Of a DNA stretch of 64,000 nt, positions 39,726-50,600 are shown piece by piece. A model generated the notes under the pieces. The model was given only the letters and a program-made list of their open reading frames with translations, was not told where the DNA came from and made no database searches. The stretch is from Alphaproteobacteria bacterium bin98. Its GTDB lineage: Bacteria; Pseudomonadota; Alphaproteobacteria; Bin98. Position 1 is the stretch's first letter, and each line of letters starts with the position of its first letter. Both the position numbers and the translations under genes were made by a program. The stretch spans positions 12,599-76,598 of the forward strand of contig MPNG01000001.1 in the NCBI GenBank assembly GCA_002238905.1, given 5' to 3'.

Positions 39726-41030
39726 TCATTTAAAAGGAGTTTCTGGAATAGCTATGATACGAAAACCAGGCAGATCGACTGTTGATAAGTCTCCTGGCAA
39801 CTCAAGCATTGTGCATCCAGGACCCTCTAATGAGTATTGCGCATAGTGAGAAAAAGGCTTATCTTCTCTGGGATCAACTCGAAAGTGACAGCCAGCAACA
39901 TACACATGTAGCTTATCACTGACATTTTCAACTTTGTAAACAAACATTTCTGTCCCTTTATAAGCGAGTATTGTGCCTGCCCTTAAATCTACTTCGTCAC
40001 CTTTCTGGCAGATCTCGAAAAGCTCTTTCTGAGTGCGGCGTACTGCAGAGTTTATAATGGTAGAGGCGAAAGAGCTTGAGTCATGAGATTGTCCTGTTAT
40101 ATAGGCTCCCAAACCTCCCATTTGAAATCCTCCGCCCAATACTTGAGGGCAGAACCAGTAGTCAAACCCAGAAACCTCATATTTTTGATAAAAAGACCCT
40201 TCCGAAGTATTGAAACCTGTCAGAATGTCTAGAGGAGTAGGCTGTCCTCGCAATCGAGATATTTGTACTGTACCTGGAAAATATTCTTCAGCAGCTTTTA
40301 TCATTCCATCCAGAGTGTTATTTCCACGTGTCATCATAATGTGAAAAAGATAGGCATGAGCAAAAGGCATAAATCCTTCATGAGGATTTGGTTTCTGCAT
40401 TTCATCTTGTTTTTGTGCTTTGGCATACCAAGCAAATCCATCCTCTGTGCAAGAGTTATATTGCCAAATATGCATCCACTCTTTTGCATAGTCGTGTACG
40501 ATTCTAGTAGCTTTGCTTAGAAGATCGGGTGCAATATTGTGATTCACTGGCAAGACATTTGGGATTTGATCGTAAAGTTTTGAGTGTTGTTGCGCTTTAT
40601 AAAGCATAGATGCTTGCACATAAAGGAAGCTTTTTTGCGCAGAAGGACTCCAACAGTTAGGAGGGCACGATTCAAAGAAACCTTGGGATTCTTGTACATC
40701 TTCTGAAGAATCACCTACTTGAATCACACCGTATGTTGCTATTTGCGCTAGGAAGAGCCTTTCAGGGTGCTTAGCAGGCATTGCCGCAAAAAATTTTGTT
40801 TGAATAATCATAGATGCTATTTCTTTTGATTTTTCTTTATCTGCATAATCCCCCCAATCTTTTACAAGTTGATCGCGACTCATGATCCTATTTTTTGCAA
40901 AATTTGCAAAATCAGGGAGATTCAAAGGAGAATCTGCAGGTAACACACACAAAGGAATTGTTTTAACTGCTGACTGCGCCGTCGGAACTAACGCAAAAAG
41001 TAATAGGAAATAAGTTATATTCATACTCAA
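39726..41030 (-). CDS. Secreted 434-aa protein of unknown function (not a family member)
   Basis: It has signal peptide MNITYFLLLFALVPTAQSA. The body is Cys- and Gly-rich (GGGFQMGGLGAYITG) with no recognisable motif. Confidence 0.55.
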   Translation of the reverse strand: MSMNITYFLLLFALVPTAQSAVKTIPLCVLPADSPLNLPDFANFAKNRIMSRDQLVKDWGDYADKEKSKEIASMIIQTKFFAAMPAKHPERLFLAQIATYGVIQVGDSSEDVQESQGFFESCPPNCWSPSAQKSFLYVQASMLYKAQQHSKLYDQIPNVLPVNHNIAPDLLSKATRIVHDYAKEWMHIWQYNSCTEDGFAWYAKAQKQDEMQKPNPHEGFMPFAHAYLFHIMMTRGNNTLDGMIKAAEEYFPGTVQISRLRGQPTPLDILTGFNTSEGSFYQKYEVSGFDYWFCPQVLGGGFQMGGLGAYITGQSHDSSSFASTIINSAVRRTQKELFEICQKGDEVDLRAGTILAYKGTEMFVYKVENVSDKLHVYVAGCHFRVDPREDKPFSHYAQYSLEGPGCTMLELPGDLSTVDLPGFRIIAIPETPFK

Positions 41031-41201
41031 AATTATAACAAAAAAACTGAAAAATCACCTCACATGCCTTAAAATGATAAAAAAGTAATCATTCTGACAA
41101 AAAATAGATCATGACTTTGACAAAAGTCACATTTTCTGTTGCAAAAAAAGGATTATTGATTTATAATGTCTACATAAAATAATAATAAAAAATAGAATAA
41201 A

Positions 41202-41339
41202 ATGCGAAAAGTCAGATTGTTAATATTGGTGCTACTGCTCATTGTGATTAAAAAGGGGATATTAGATGGAGAGAATACTGTAAAAGTGGAAGAAAACAAC
41301 ACAAATGTTGTGAAACGCATTGTCAGTTATTTTGAATAA
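41202..41339 (+). CDS. Possible small membrane-anchored ORF (45 aa) immediately upstream of alr
   Basis: It encodes MRKVRLLILVLLLIVIKKGILDGENTVKVEENNTNVVKRIVSYFE. It is below the size cutoff of the ORF track and has no SD. Confidence 0.2.
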   Translation: MRKVRLLILVLLLIVIKKGILDGENTVKVEENNTNVVKRIVSYFE

Positions 41340-41411
41340 CGCAGTATAATTTTGTCCAAAGAGCATATTTTTTCACTAAAAGATGACACAATATACTCAA
41401 GGAGATGCATT

Positions 41412-42488
41412 GTGCTAGAAGCCAATAGCCATGTTTTAATATCCAAGCAAAGTTTAAGAAGCAATTATCAATTTTTTGCTGATTATGTCTCTTCGGCTAA
41501 TGTTGCAGTGGTGTTGAAAAATAATGGATTTGGATATGGCTATGCAGAAATAACACCCGCACTCTATGCACAAGGCTGTAGGCGGTTTTACGTTGCAGAT
41601 GTAGAAGAAGCGCTCCGTATGCGGTCTTTTATGCCACATCAAGATGTTATTATAGCCCCCCTCTTTCCTCTAATTTCTCAAAACTCTCTTCACACTATGC
41701 GCAAGGCCGACCTTACCCCCTCCTTGAACAGCGTTGAAGATATTCAAACATACCTACGCTATGGGTGTGGAAAATCTTGTGTGGTGCGCGTAAGTTTTGG
41801 TCTCAATGTGGGTGTGCCTTATCAAAAAATTGCAGAATTAAAAGGTGAATTAGGCAAAATCAAGCAACTCACCGTTTTGGGGCACCTTCCTTTTGCAGAT
41901 GACAAAAATTCTTCTCATAACACAAATGCTCTAAAGGATATGATCGCACTGCGTCAACATTTGCCAGATGCGCGTTTTAGTTTGGCTTCTACAGCGGCAA
42001 TATTCCTTGGAAGTGAGTTTTTTATGGATGAAGCGCGTATAGGTGTGGGTTTGTTTGGTGCTGTTCATTTTTCTAACAACAATGCTGCAAAAAATGCGCA
42101 AGACAAAATTTCCTTTGCTTTAAAATTAAAAGCTTACACACGACATTCTTATTCTGTAAAAAAAGGTCAGATCCTTGGGTACGAAAGCATCGCAAAAGAA
42201 GATATGCAGATGGTGGTTGTGAGCTGTGGGTACGCAAATGGCCTTCCGATACAAAAAAGTAAAGAGCCACTCTCACTTCCATATCAAGGCAAATCTCTAA
42301 GATTAGTTCCAGAAACTCTCTCAATGTATAACGCATCTTTTGCTACTAACGATATTATTGCTTCTGGAGAAGAAGTCACTCTTCTAAAATCCTTTGAAGA
42401 TAGCATGCAATTTCGTCGTATAGAAAAAATCAACCACTCCGAATTGCTTCTGCGCATAAGCCGCGCCCACCAACAATTTATTCCGTAA
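41412..42488 (+). CDS. alr: Alanine racemase-like PLP enzyme (fold-type III), divergent
   Basis: The ORF is 41352..42488. The likely GTG start at 41412 lies 7 nt after an AAGGAG. Motifs are AVVLKNNGFGYG (compare AVVKANAYGHG), VKKGQILGYES (compare GExVGYG), VVVSCGYANGLP (compare PIGYADG) and LSMYNASFATND (compare VSMDMxxVD). Confidence 0.55.
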   Translation: MLEANSHVLISKQSLRSNYQFFADYVSSANVAVVLKNNGFGYGYAEITPALYAQGCRRFYVADVEEALRMRSFMPHQDVIIAPLFPLISQNSLHTMRKADLTPSLNSVEDIQTYLRYGCGKSCVVRVSFGLNVGVPYQKIAELKGELGKIKQLTVLGHLPFADDKNSSHNTNALKDMIALRQHLPDARFSLASTAAIFLGSEFFMDEARIGVGLFGAVHFSNNNAAKNAQDKISFALKLKAYTRHSYSVKKGQILGYESIAKEDMQMVVVSCGYANGLPIQKSKEPLSLPYQGKSLRLVPETLSMYNASFATNDIIASGEEVTLLKSFEDSMQFRRIEKINHSELLLRISRAHQQFIP

Positions 42489-42677
42489 ACACTATGTTTG
42501 TGTGAAGGACAGCTTCTTTGTCAATATGAGCATTTTTAATTCAACCGTGATTAATATCATGACTTTAAAAATAATGTAACGCTATCATGTCGTAATATTA
42601 TGATTTTCAATTTTCTTACATGATCATGGAGCGAAAAAAGTTTTTGAATCAGAAAATATATTAATCATATGGGTGAG

Positions 42678-43318
42678 TTAAACAAGCATAAAGATCAATT
42701 CGCTCAGCACAACATCACGAGCCTCGTATTCATACATGTGTGTGAGACGCCAAATATTATATTTTCGTTCAGCGACTTCCTTATTATCCGCACAGTAAGC
42801 TTGAAAAGCTGATAAGAGGAGCCAATACTGCTGCGTATATATTGGGTCTAGCGAAGAGAGATCTTTTTTATATCTTGCCTCTAAGAGTAGTGAGTGACCC
42901 CTCTCTCTCAATACTAAAAAAGCATAACAAAAGATCTTTGCATCAAGCTCAAAGTACACATCTAGGAGATTTTTCTCATAATTCACATCACCTGCTCTGA
43001 AGACATCCCTTTTTCAGAAGGCATCAAGTACATTTTCTATTTGCTCTGAGAAAGCCATTAATTCTTTAAGATTCCTTATATCAAAAAAATTTTGAGGGTT
43101 TAATATATCTTGACAGGTTTTCCTGCAGGTGAAACATTCTTGATTTTTTGCCACCTAATAGTGCGCATAGCTTGCTCCTGGATTATAATCCGTTCACTAA
43201 TTTTCTTGAGTCTGAGAAGATCAGCAGAATTCTCTAACGATATTGCGTCATCTGCTTCATGCGCCAGTGAATAGATTAAAAATAGTAAGATTAATTTGAT
43301 AAATGCATTTCATAGAGA
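42678..43318 (-). pseudogene. Decayed tandem copy of 43379..44029 (subfamily K)
   Basis: The C-terminal ORF 42678..42986 (…ERKYNIWRLTHMYEYE) has an upstream remnant MKCIYQINLTIFNLFTGA*. DNA 43060-43320 aligns to 43760-44020 with stops. Confidence 0.6.
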
Positions 43319-43378
43319 AACCGTATCACATCTTCATCATACCCTCAATCAATTTAAGAGTGGATGGGTTGAAAGGGC

Positions 43379-44029
43379 TTAGATTAGCTCCATGTTCTGC
43401 TGCATCACAAAATCACGAACCTTGTGTTCCTGTAGGTGTGTGAGACGCCAAATATTATATTTTCGTTCAGCGACTTCCTTATTATCATCAGAGTAAGCTT
43501 GAAAAGCTGATAAGAGGAGATGATACTGCTCCGCATATATTGGGTCTAGCGAGCAATCTTGCCTCAACATTATATAGCTTGCCTCTAATAATACTGCGCC
43601 ACACTTCTTTCTCAATACTAGAAAAGCATCATAGAAGGTCTTTGCATCAAGCTCAAAGAGCACATCTAAGAACTTTTGTGAAGAACCCACCTCCCCTGTT
43701 CTGAATATATTATTGCTTTTGCAGAAGGTGTCAAGCTTATTTTCTATGCGCTCTGAGAAAGCCATTAATGTTTCAAGATTGCTTATATCAAGAAAATTGT
43801 AAGGATTTAATATATCTTGACAGGCTTGCCTGCAAGTGAAACATTTTTGATTTTCTTTCCAGCGAACACAGCGCATATCTTGCCTCTCGATAGGCAAACA
43901 GCACTTGATTTCCCTTATTCTTTGAAAATCAGCATAATTCTCCAAATCGATTTCGGCACCTGCTCCATGCGCCAGTGAATAGATTAAAAATAATAAGATT
44001 AATGTCATGCTCATAAATGTACCTTTCAT
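43379..44029 (-). CDS. Secreted paralog-family protein (subfamily K, ERKYNIWRL type)
   Basis: 216 aa. The alternative start at 44014 gives leader MTLILLFLIYSLAHGAGAE. The C-terminus is LLLSAFQAYSDDNKEVAERKYNIWRLTHL. Confidence 0.7.
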   Translation of the reverse strand: MKGTFMSMTLILLFLIYSLAHGAGAEIDLENYADFQRIREIKCCLPIERQDMRCVRWKENQKCFTCRQACQDILNPYNFLDISNLETLMAFSERIENKLDTFCKSNNIFRTGEVGSSQKFLDVLFELDAKTFYDAFLVLRKKCGAVLLEASYIMLRQDCSLDPIYAEQYHLLLSAFQAYSDDNKEVAERKYNIWRLTHLQEHKVRDFVMQQNMELI

Positions 44030-44505
44030 AGAAAAATCATATCACATGTTCTTCATATCCTCACTTTGTCAATCAATACATTTAACAAAAGTATTATTTT
44101 TCTCATCACTCACATGATCTGTTGACAAAATGAAGTGACCAATTTGGAATTTGGATAGACAACTTCTAGCGGTTGGTGAGCCCAATCACAGTATTTTTTC
44201 TTATATTTCTCTTTATTTTTGTTTGAGAGATTTCATCAATGCCAACGAAGAATATAATGCTTTGTTAGCTCTTGTAATAGCATATAGAGATAGACCTCTA
44301 TTGCAATTTTGTACATTATTAAAAAATCAAAAATTTGAGAAGACTGTTTACACTTTTCCTCTAGAGAGAAAATCAGCTATTTCAACACACCTCCATGCCT
44401 CTTGAACGCAGTCTATGTTCGCAATCAAAAATTTATATAGTAAGGTACAGGTTTTGTGCTGACTATTTAGCGTATTCTCCCGCTTCAAGATTTTAGCCTA
44501 TTCTG

Positions 44506-45125
44506 CTAGGCATTATTAATCCACGTACTCTTCTTCCTTGAGCAAATCCTTAGTAACATTCCTTCGTGGAGGTGTATAAAACGACAAATATTAAACTTTC
44601 GTTCAGATTCATCTTGAATTTCTAAAGAGTAATTTCGAAGATCTGATAAGAGACTATGATACTCCTGAATGTATCTTAAGCCTTGCAGAGGAGGGCCGCT
44701 CTCGCATTGATATTCTCTCTCTAAGCATCGTAAATGCACATTTCCTCTCAAGAGTGAAAAAGCACAGAAGAAGGTTAATGCATTAAGTTCAAATCTCCTC
44801 TTTAGGGACTCTGACATATCAAAATACACAACATCCCAATCGCCTATTAGATCAATTTTGTGTCAGAATTCTGCAAGCATCATATTAAGAAAAACTGCAG
44901 GATCGAGATTCTTTTCAAAATATTCTCGGACAGAATCAAAACGTTGTTGATCTGAGGTCCAGTTAAAAGCGCGCATACCTCGCTCTTTAACTGTTAAACG
45001 AAGCAATGAATAAAACCTTTGTGCGTCAGCAACATCCTCAAGAGGATGGCTCTCTCTGAAAGACGGTTTGACATAAGTTAATGATGCTCCATGAGCTTTT
45101 GAATAGATAAAAATTAAAAAAACAA
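44506..45125 (-). pseudogene. Chimeric pseudogene. It joins a C-terminal fragment of a subfamily-K gene (44506..44829) to an N-terminal fragment of a 46140-type gene (44870..45125).
   Basis: 44506..44829 encodes ...ELNALTFFCAFSLLRG...ERKFNICRF. 44870-45320 is about 95% identical to 46187-46640, and a TGA separates the two parts. Confidence 0.55.
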
Positions 45126-45321
45126 TAACATAAATTTTTTTCTCAACATGAGCATTTTCAATGAAACCGTAATTAATATTATCACTTGAAAAAAATAATT
45201 TATAACGCTGACATGTCGAATATTATTATTTTTAATCTGTTTACATGCTCATGGCGCTAAAAAAGTTTTTGAACCAGATAGACTATATTAATCATCTTGA
45301 TGAATTAAGGGTCTTGGAAAC

Positions 45322-46050
45322 TCAGTGCGGCCCAGCTCTCCTCCGCATCACAGCATCACGAACATTAGGTCCCTCGAGGTATCTGAGACGCCAAATATTA
45401 TATTTTCGTTCAGCTTTTTCATGATTCTCCACACAGTAAGCTTCCATAGCTGATAAGAGGTCATGATACTGCTGGATGTATATTGGCGGAGACAAATATT
45501 GCTGAAATTCTGGCTGATCGTACAGACAGTAATTTTGAAAAGATAATAAGAGGTCGCGACACTCCGGCGTGTACGCTGAGTTTGACGGAGACAAATATTG
45601 CTGAGATAATTTTTTATATCTTTGCGCTGATAATACTGACGTAACATGGCCTCTCAACATTGCAAAAGCACAGAAGAAGCTGAATGCATTAAGCTCAAAG
45701 AGCTCATCTGTGACAATGTTCACAACAGACTTCATATCAGCATAAGCGATTAAATTATGGTGCTGGTTTTTCTTCAGAAGCTCTTCTAATTCCACTGAAA
45801 ATGCCATTAATTCTTCAAGATCGACCATCTCAATCCACTTCTGAGAATCGAGTATTTTTTTACAAGCTTCCCCGCAATTCCCAAAATGTTCTTGATTTTT
45901 TATCCTGTTGAGCTCCCGCACACCTTGCCTTTCTACTGACAGACGGTTGAGTGCAGTTATTCTTTGCGCATCAGCAAACTCCTCCAGAATGGTGGTGGGC
46001 TCTGCTCCATGCGCCAGTGAATAGATTAAAAATAATAAGATTAATGTCAT
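45322..46050 (-). CDS. Secreted paralog-family protein (subfamily K), copy 1 of the tandem pair
   Basis: The ORF is 45322..46098. The start at 46050 gives leader MTLILLFLIYSLAHGAEP. The C-terminus is LLSAMEAYCVENHEKAERKYNIWRLRYL. Confidence 0.7.
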   Translation of the reverse strand: MTLILLFLIYSLAHGAEPTTILEEFADAQRITALNRLSVERQGVRELNRIKNQEHFGNCGEACKKILDSQKWIEMVDLEELMAFSVELEELLKKNQHHNLIAYADMKSVVNIVTDELFELNAFSFFCAFAMLRGHVTSVLSAQRYKKLSQQYLSPSNSAYTPECRDLLLSFQNYCLYDQPEFQQYLSPPIYIQQYHDLLSAMEAYCVENHEKAERKYNIWRLRYLEGPNVRDAVMRRRAGPH

Positions 46051-46139
46051 GAATAAACCTCTAATACAAAGTTTATATCCTATTCTCAGCTTTATCAATG
46101 AAGAAATTTAAAAAAATGATTGTTCCCCTCATGTTCACA

Positions 46140-46499
46140 TCATACCAACATTGGTTGTGAGAATTCCATTAATTTTTTAATACACTTTATATTAAGAAAA
46201 ACTGCAGGATCGAGATTCTTTTCAAAATATTCTCGGACAGAATCAAAACGTTGTTGATCTGAGGTCCAGTTAAAAGCGCGCATACCTCGCTCTTTAACTG
46301 TTAAACGAAGCAATGAATAAACCCTTTGTGCGTCAGCAACATCCTCAAGAGGATGGCGCTCTCTGATAAAACGGTTTGACATGACATAAGTTAATGATGC
46401 TCCATGAGCTTTTGAATAGATAAAAATTAAAAAAAACAATAACATAAACTTTTTTCTCAACATGAGCATTTTCAATGAAACCGTAATCAATATTATCAC
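46140..46499 (-). pseudogene. N-terminal gene fragment (leader plus about 90 aa) lacking the C-terminal family domain
   Basis: MLLFFLIFIYSKAHGASLTYVMSNRFIRERHPLEDVADAQRVYSLLRLTVKERGMRAFNWTSDQQRF..., then a stop. The same fragment is present in the other repeat unit at 44870..45125. Confidence 0.45.
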
Positions 46500-46638
46500 T
46501 TGAAAAAAAATAATTTATAATGCTGACATGTCGTTAATATTATTATTTTTAATCTGTTTACATGCGCATGGAGCTAAAACAGTTTTTGAACCAGATAGAT
46601 TATATTAATCATCTTGATGAATTAAGGATCTTGGAAAC

Positions 46639-47367
46639 TCAGTACGGCGCTCTCTCCTTCACAGCAGCACAAACATTAGGTCCATTGAGGTATGTAAGAC
46701 GCCAAATATTATATTTTCGTTCAGCTTTTTCATGATTCCCCACACAGTAAGCTTCCATAGCTGATAAGAGGTCATGATACTGCTGGATGAGCATTTCTGG
46801 CGGAGACAAAGATTTCTTAGATTTTGGCCGCTCGTACAGACAGTAATTTTGAAAAGATAATAAGAGGTCGCGACACTCCGGCGTGTACACTGACTCTGAC
46901 GGAGACAAATATTGCAGAGATAATTTTTTATATCTTTGCGCTGATAATACTGACGTAACCTGGCCTCTCAACATTGCAAAAGCACAGAAGAATTTGAATA
47001 CATCAAGCTCAAAGTACTCATCTGTGACATTGATAACAACAGCCTTCATATCAGGACGAGTGATTAAATCAGTCTGCTGGTTTTGCTTCAGAAGCTCTTC
47101 TAATTCCACTGAAAATGCCATTAATTCTTCAAGATCGACCATCTCAATCCACTTCTGAGAATCGAGTATTTTTTTACAAGCTTCCCCGCAATTCCCAAAA
47201 TGTTCTTGATTTTTTATCCTGTTGAGCTCCCGCACACCTTGCCTTTCTCCTGACAGATGGTTGATTTCATTTATTCTTTGCGCATCAGCAAACTCCTCCA
47301 GAATGGTGGTGGGGGGCTCTGCTCCATGCGCCAGTGAATAGATTAAAAATAATAAGATTAATGTCAT
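46639..47367 (-). CDS. Secreted paralog-family protein (subfamily K), copy 2 of the tandem pair
   Basis: The ORF is 46639..47415. The start at 47367 gives leader MTLILLFLIYSLAHGAEPP. It is about 90% identical to 45322..46050. Confidence 0.7.
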   Translation of the reverse strand: MTLILLFLIYSLAHGAEPPTTILEEFADAQRINEINHLSGERQGVRELNRIKNQEHFGNCGEACKKILDSQKWIEMVDLEELMAFSVELEELLKQNQQTDLITRPDMKAVVINVTDEYFELDVFKFFCAFAMLRGQVTSVLSAQRYKKLSLQYLSPSESVYTPECRDLLLSFQNYCLYERPKSKKSLSPPEMLIQQYHDLLSAMEAYCVGNHEKAERKYNIWRLTYLNGPNVCAAVKERAPY

Positions 47368-47695
47368 GAATAAACCTCTAATACAAAGTTTATATCCTAT
47401 TCTCAGCTTTATCAACGAAGAAATTTAAAAAAATGATTGTTCCCCTCATGTTCACATCATACCAACAAAGGTAGTAAGCACTCGGAATTTGATATCTTAT
47501 AAGGGCTGTTGAAACAAAGCATGACAAGTTGCATTGTGAGACGTTGCGCAATCTAAGAAGTCATAATAGAGAAATCTTAAAAAAAAGCGTGTGAGAATAT
47601 TGACAGATTCATATTATGTGAATGAGTTGTGTTGGTCCAAATTTGCTCTGCAAACACCATTTTTTCGTGCAAAGTACAATGATATAATACAAAAG

Positions 47696-50600
47696 ATGAT
47701 CACACCTGAAAACAATCGCCCTTTTTTTATCCATCTGCGCATGTCATCCTCTTACTCCTTAGCACAAAGCGCCATTAGCATTCAATCTGCTATTCATTAT
47801 GCAAAAGATCATAATATTCCAGCGTTGGCGATCACAGATGCGCAAAATCTTTTTGGAGCTTTTGAATTTTCATTAAAATGCTTAGAGCATGGCGTGCAGC
47901 CTATTTTAGGAGCCACCATAGAAATTTTCATGAGTGAGACAGAAGAAAACGCGCAGCTTCTGTTGTTGGCACAATCTGAAGAAGGTTTCAAAAACATCTC
48001 TTCTTTGGTGAGTCAATATCATCTGACAAATACACCCTGCTCTTGGGAGGATTTGCGCGCAAAAAATACTGGTGTCATCTGTCTTTCTGGTGGCATACAT
48101 GGCCCAATAGGTCGTCATATATTGGCCAATGATACCGACCAAGCCCTTCGTGTTGCAAAAAAAACTAAAAATATCTTTCAAGACAGATTTTATTTAGAGA
48201 TTATGCGCCATCACCGCGAAGAAGAAGTGAAAACAGAAGAGATATTTTTAAAAATTGCTATAGATGAGCATATTCCTATTGTGGCAACTAATGAGTGTTT
48301 TTACACACAAAAAAATATGTTTGATGCACATAATGTTCTTTTATGTTTAAATGCAGGTGCTTATATTCACTCAGCAGATAGACCACACAGCAATCCATAC
48401 TTTTATTTACGAACTCCACAAGAAATGGCCGAGCTGTTCTTGGATCTACCTGAAGCCCTTGCTAACACTGTCCATATTGCACAAAGATGTCACTTTTACT
48501 TAACACCTATGAAGCCAGAGCTTCCTCACTTCCCTAAAGTGGGTGATGAAACCGAAAACGCTATGATTATGCGTGTTGCTAAGCAAGGGTTAGCAACACA
48601 CATCAAGAATCATAGAGTGTGTGAGCATATTGCCCAAAATATTTACGAAGAGCGCATTGATTATGAGCTTGAGGTTATTACAAAAATGGACTTTTCTGGC
48701 TATTTCCTTATTATGTCGGATATTATTTTATGGGCCAAAAACCAAGGCATACCCGTTGGCCCAGGCCGTGGTTCAGCAGCAGGATCTCTTGTCGCATGGA
48801 CCATGGGTATTACCAATGTGGATTCGTTAGCATTTGATCTTCCTTTTGAGAGATTTTTGAATCCTGACCGTATTTCTATGCCAGATTTTGATGTAGATTT
48901 TTGTCAAGAGCGGCGTGAAGAAGTGATACATTATGTGCGTGATCTCTACGGAGAAGACTGCGTTGCACAAATAATTACCTTTGGAACATTGCAGGCGCGT
49001 GGTGTACTCCGAGATGTAGGTCGTGTTTACCAGCTTCCTTATATGCAAGTTGATAATTTGTGTAAGCGCATTCCTAACCAGCCCGGTCAACACGTCTCCC
49101 TTGCGGAAGCCCTTAAAGATGATCCTATTTTGCAAGATGAATTTGATAATAAGCCTGAAATAAAAAAGGTTTTTGAAATAGCTATGCAACTAGAAGGTTT
49201 GCATAGGCACGCCTCAACACATGCCGCTGGTGTTATCATCTCTAGTCGCCCAATTGCTGATATCATTCCTATTTATAAAGACGCCAATACAGATCTGCAA
49301 GTCACACAATATACAATGAAGTATGTTGAATTTGCAAGCTTAATCAAATTTGATTTTTTGGGCCTCAAAACACTTTCTGTATTAGCAAAAACAACAGAAC
49401 TTTTGAGCAACGATGGATATGATTTTAATCTTGATAGTTTAGATTTTAACGATGAACAAACATTTTCCCTTCTTGGCACAGGTATTACAGGTGGAGTTTT
49501 TCAAATGGAAGGCTCAGGCATGCAAGAACTGTTACGCCAAGCAAAGCCTGATTGTTTTGACGACATTATCGCCATTGTGGCACTTTACAGGCCTGGCCCT
49601 ATGGAAAACATTCCTAGTTTTTTGGCACGTAAACAAGGAAAAGAAAAGGTAGTCTACCTTCACCCTCTCTTAGAAGACATTTTAAAAGAAAGCTACGGCA
49701 TTCCCATTTATCAAGAACAGGTTATGCGCATTGCTCAAAAATTGGCGGGGTATTCAATGGGTGAAGCAGATTTGTTGCGTAGAGCTATGGGCAAAAAGAT
49801 TCCTAAAGAAATGGCAGCTCAAAAAAAGAGATTTCTAGATGGTTCTTCCAGAAACAATGTTTCTTTAGAGATTGCGGAAACTTTATTTGAGCAAATTGCA
49901 CGCTTTGCTGGGTATGCCTTTAATAAATGCCACGCTACATGCTACGCCTTTATTGCCTACCAAACAGCGTACATGAAGTCCCATCACCTCCCCTATTTTA
50001 TGGCTGCCTCTTTAAGCTTTGATATTAATAATGCCGCCAAAATATGGGAGCACAGCAAGAGTCTTTCTGTCTTAGGAAGCGACCTTTTGCCACCAGACAT
50101 TAACGCTTCAGATGTATGGTTTTCTGTTCAAAAATCAGGAGATAAAAAGTGTGTGAGGTTTGCATTAAGTGCTATTAAAAATGTAGGATCTCATATGGCA
50201 GAAACTATAGTAGAGGAAAGAAAAAAGAAGCGCTTTTCTTATCCTTCCGAGTGTTTTCAAAGGCTGCTTATGGCTGGTGTTAGCAAGCGCACTATTGAAC
50301 AATTAATGAAGGCAGGAGCTCTTGACTCTATAGAAAGAAATCGTGCTCTCTTGGAGTATATTTTCTCTGACACAAAAGAATGGATGCCGGATGGCAAAAA
50401 AATAGCAGATGACCAGCCTTCCTTCTTTGCTGAAGATTCTGTGAGCATCGTTGAAGACAATCGGCCTTCACTCATCCACAAAGGCATTGTGGATAAAGGA
50501 TTGCCTCAAAAAGCAGAAGATGAAAAACAAACTCTTGGTATTTATGTACAGTATCACCCTTTGGCGCCTTATAAAAAAATCATTAAAACCATGAATTTAT

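Larger units (their letters stand above)
44830..47468. repeat. Tandem direct duplication of a 1317-bp unit (gene + gene fragment), 2 copies, about 90-95% identical
   Basis: 45322..46098 and 46639..47415 are offset by exactly 1317 bp. 44870-45320 matches 46187-46640. The end flanks 46100-46146 and 47420-47468 match. Confidence 0.85.
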
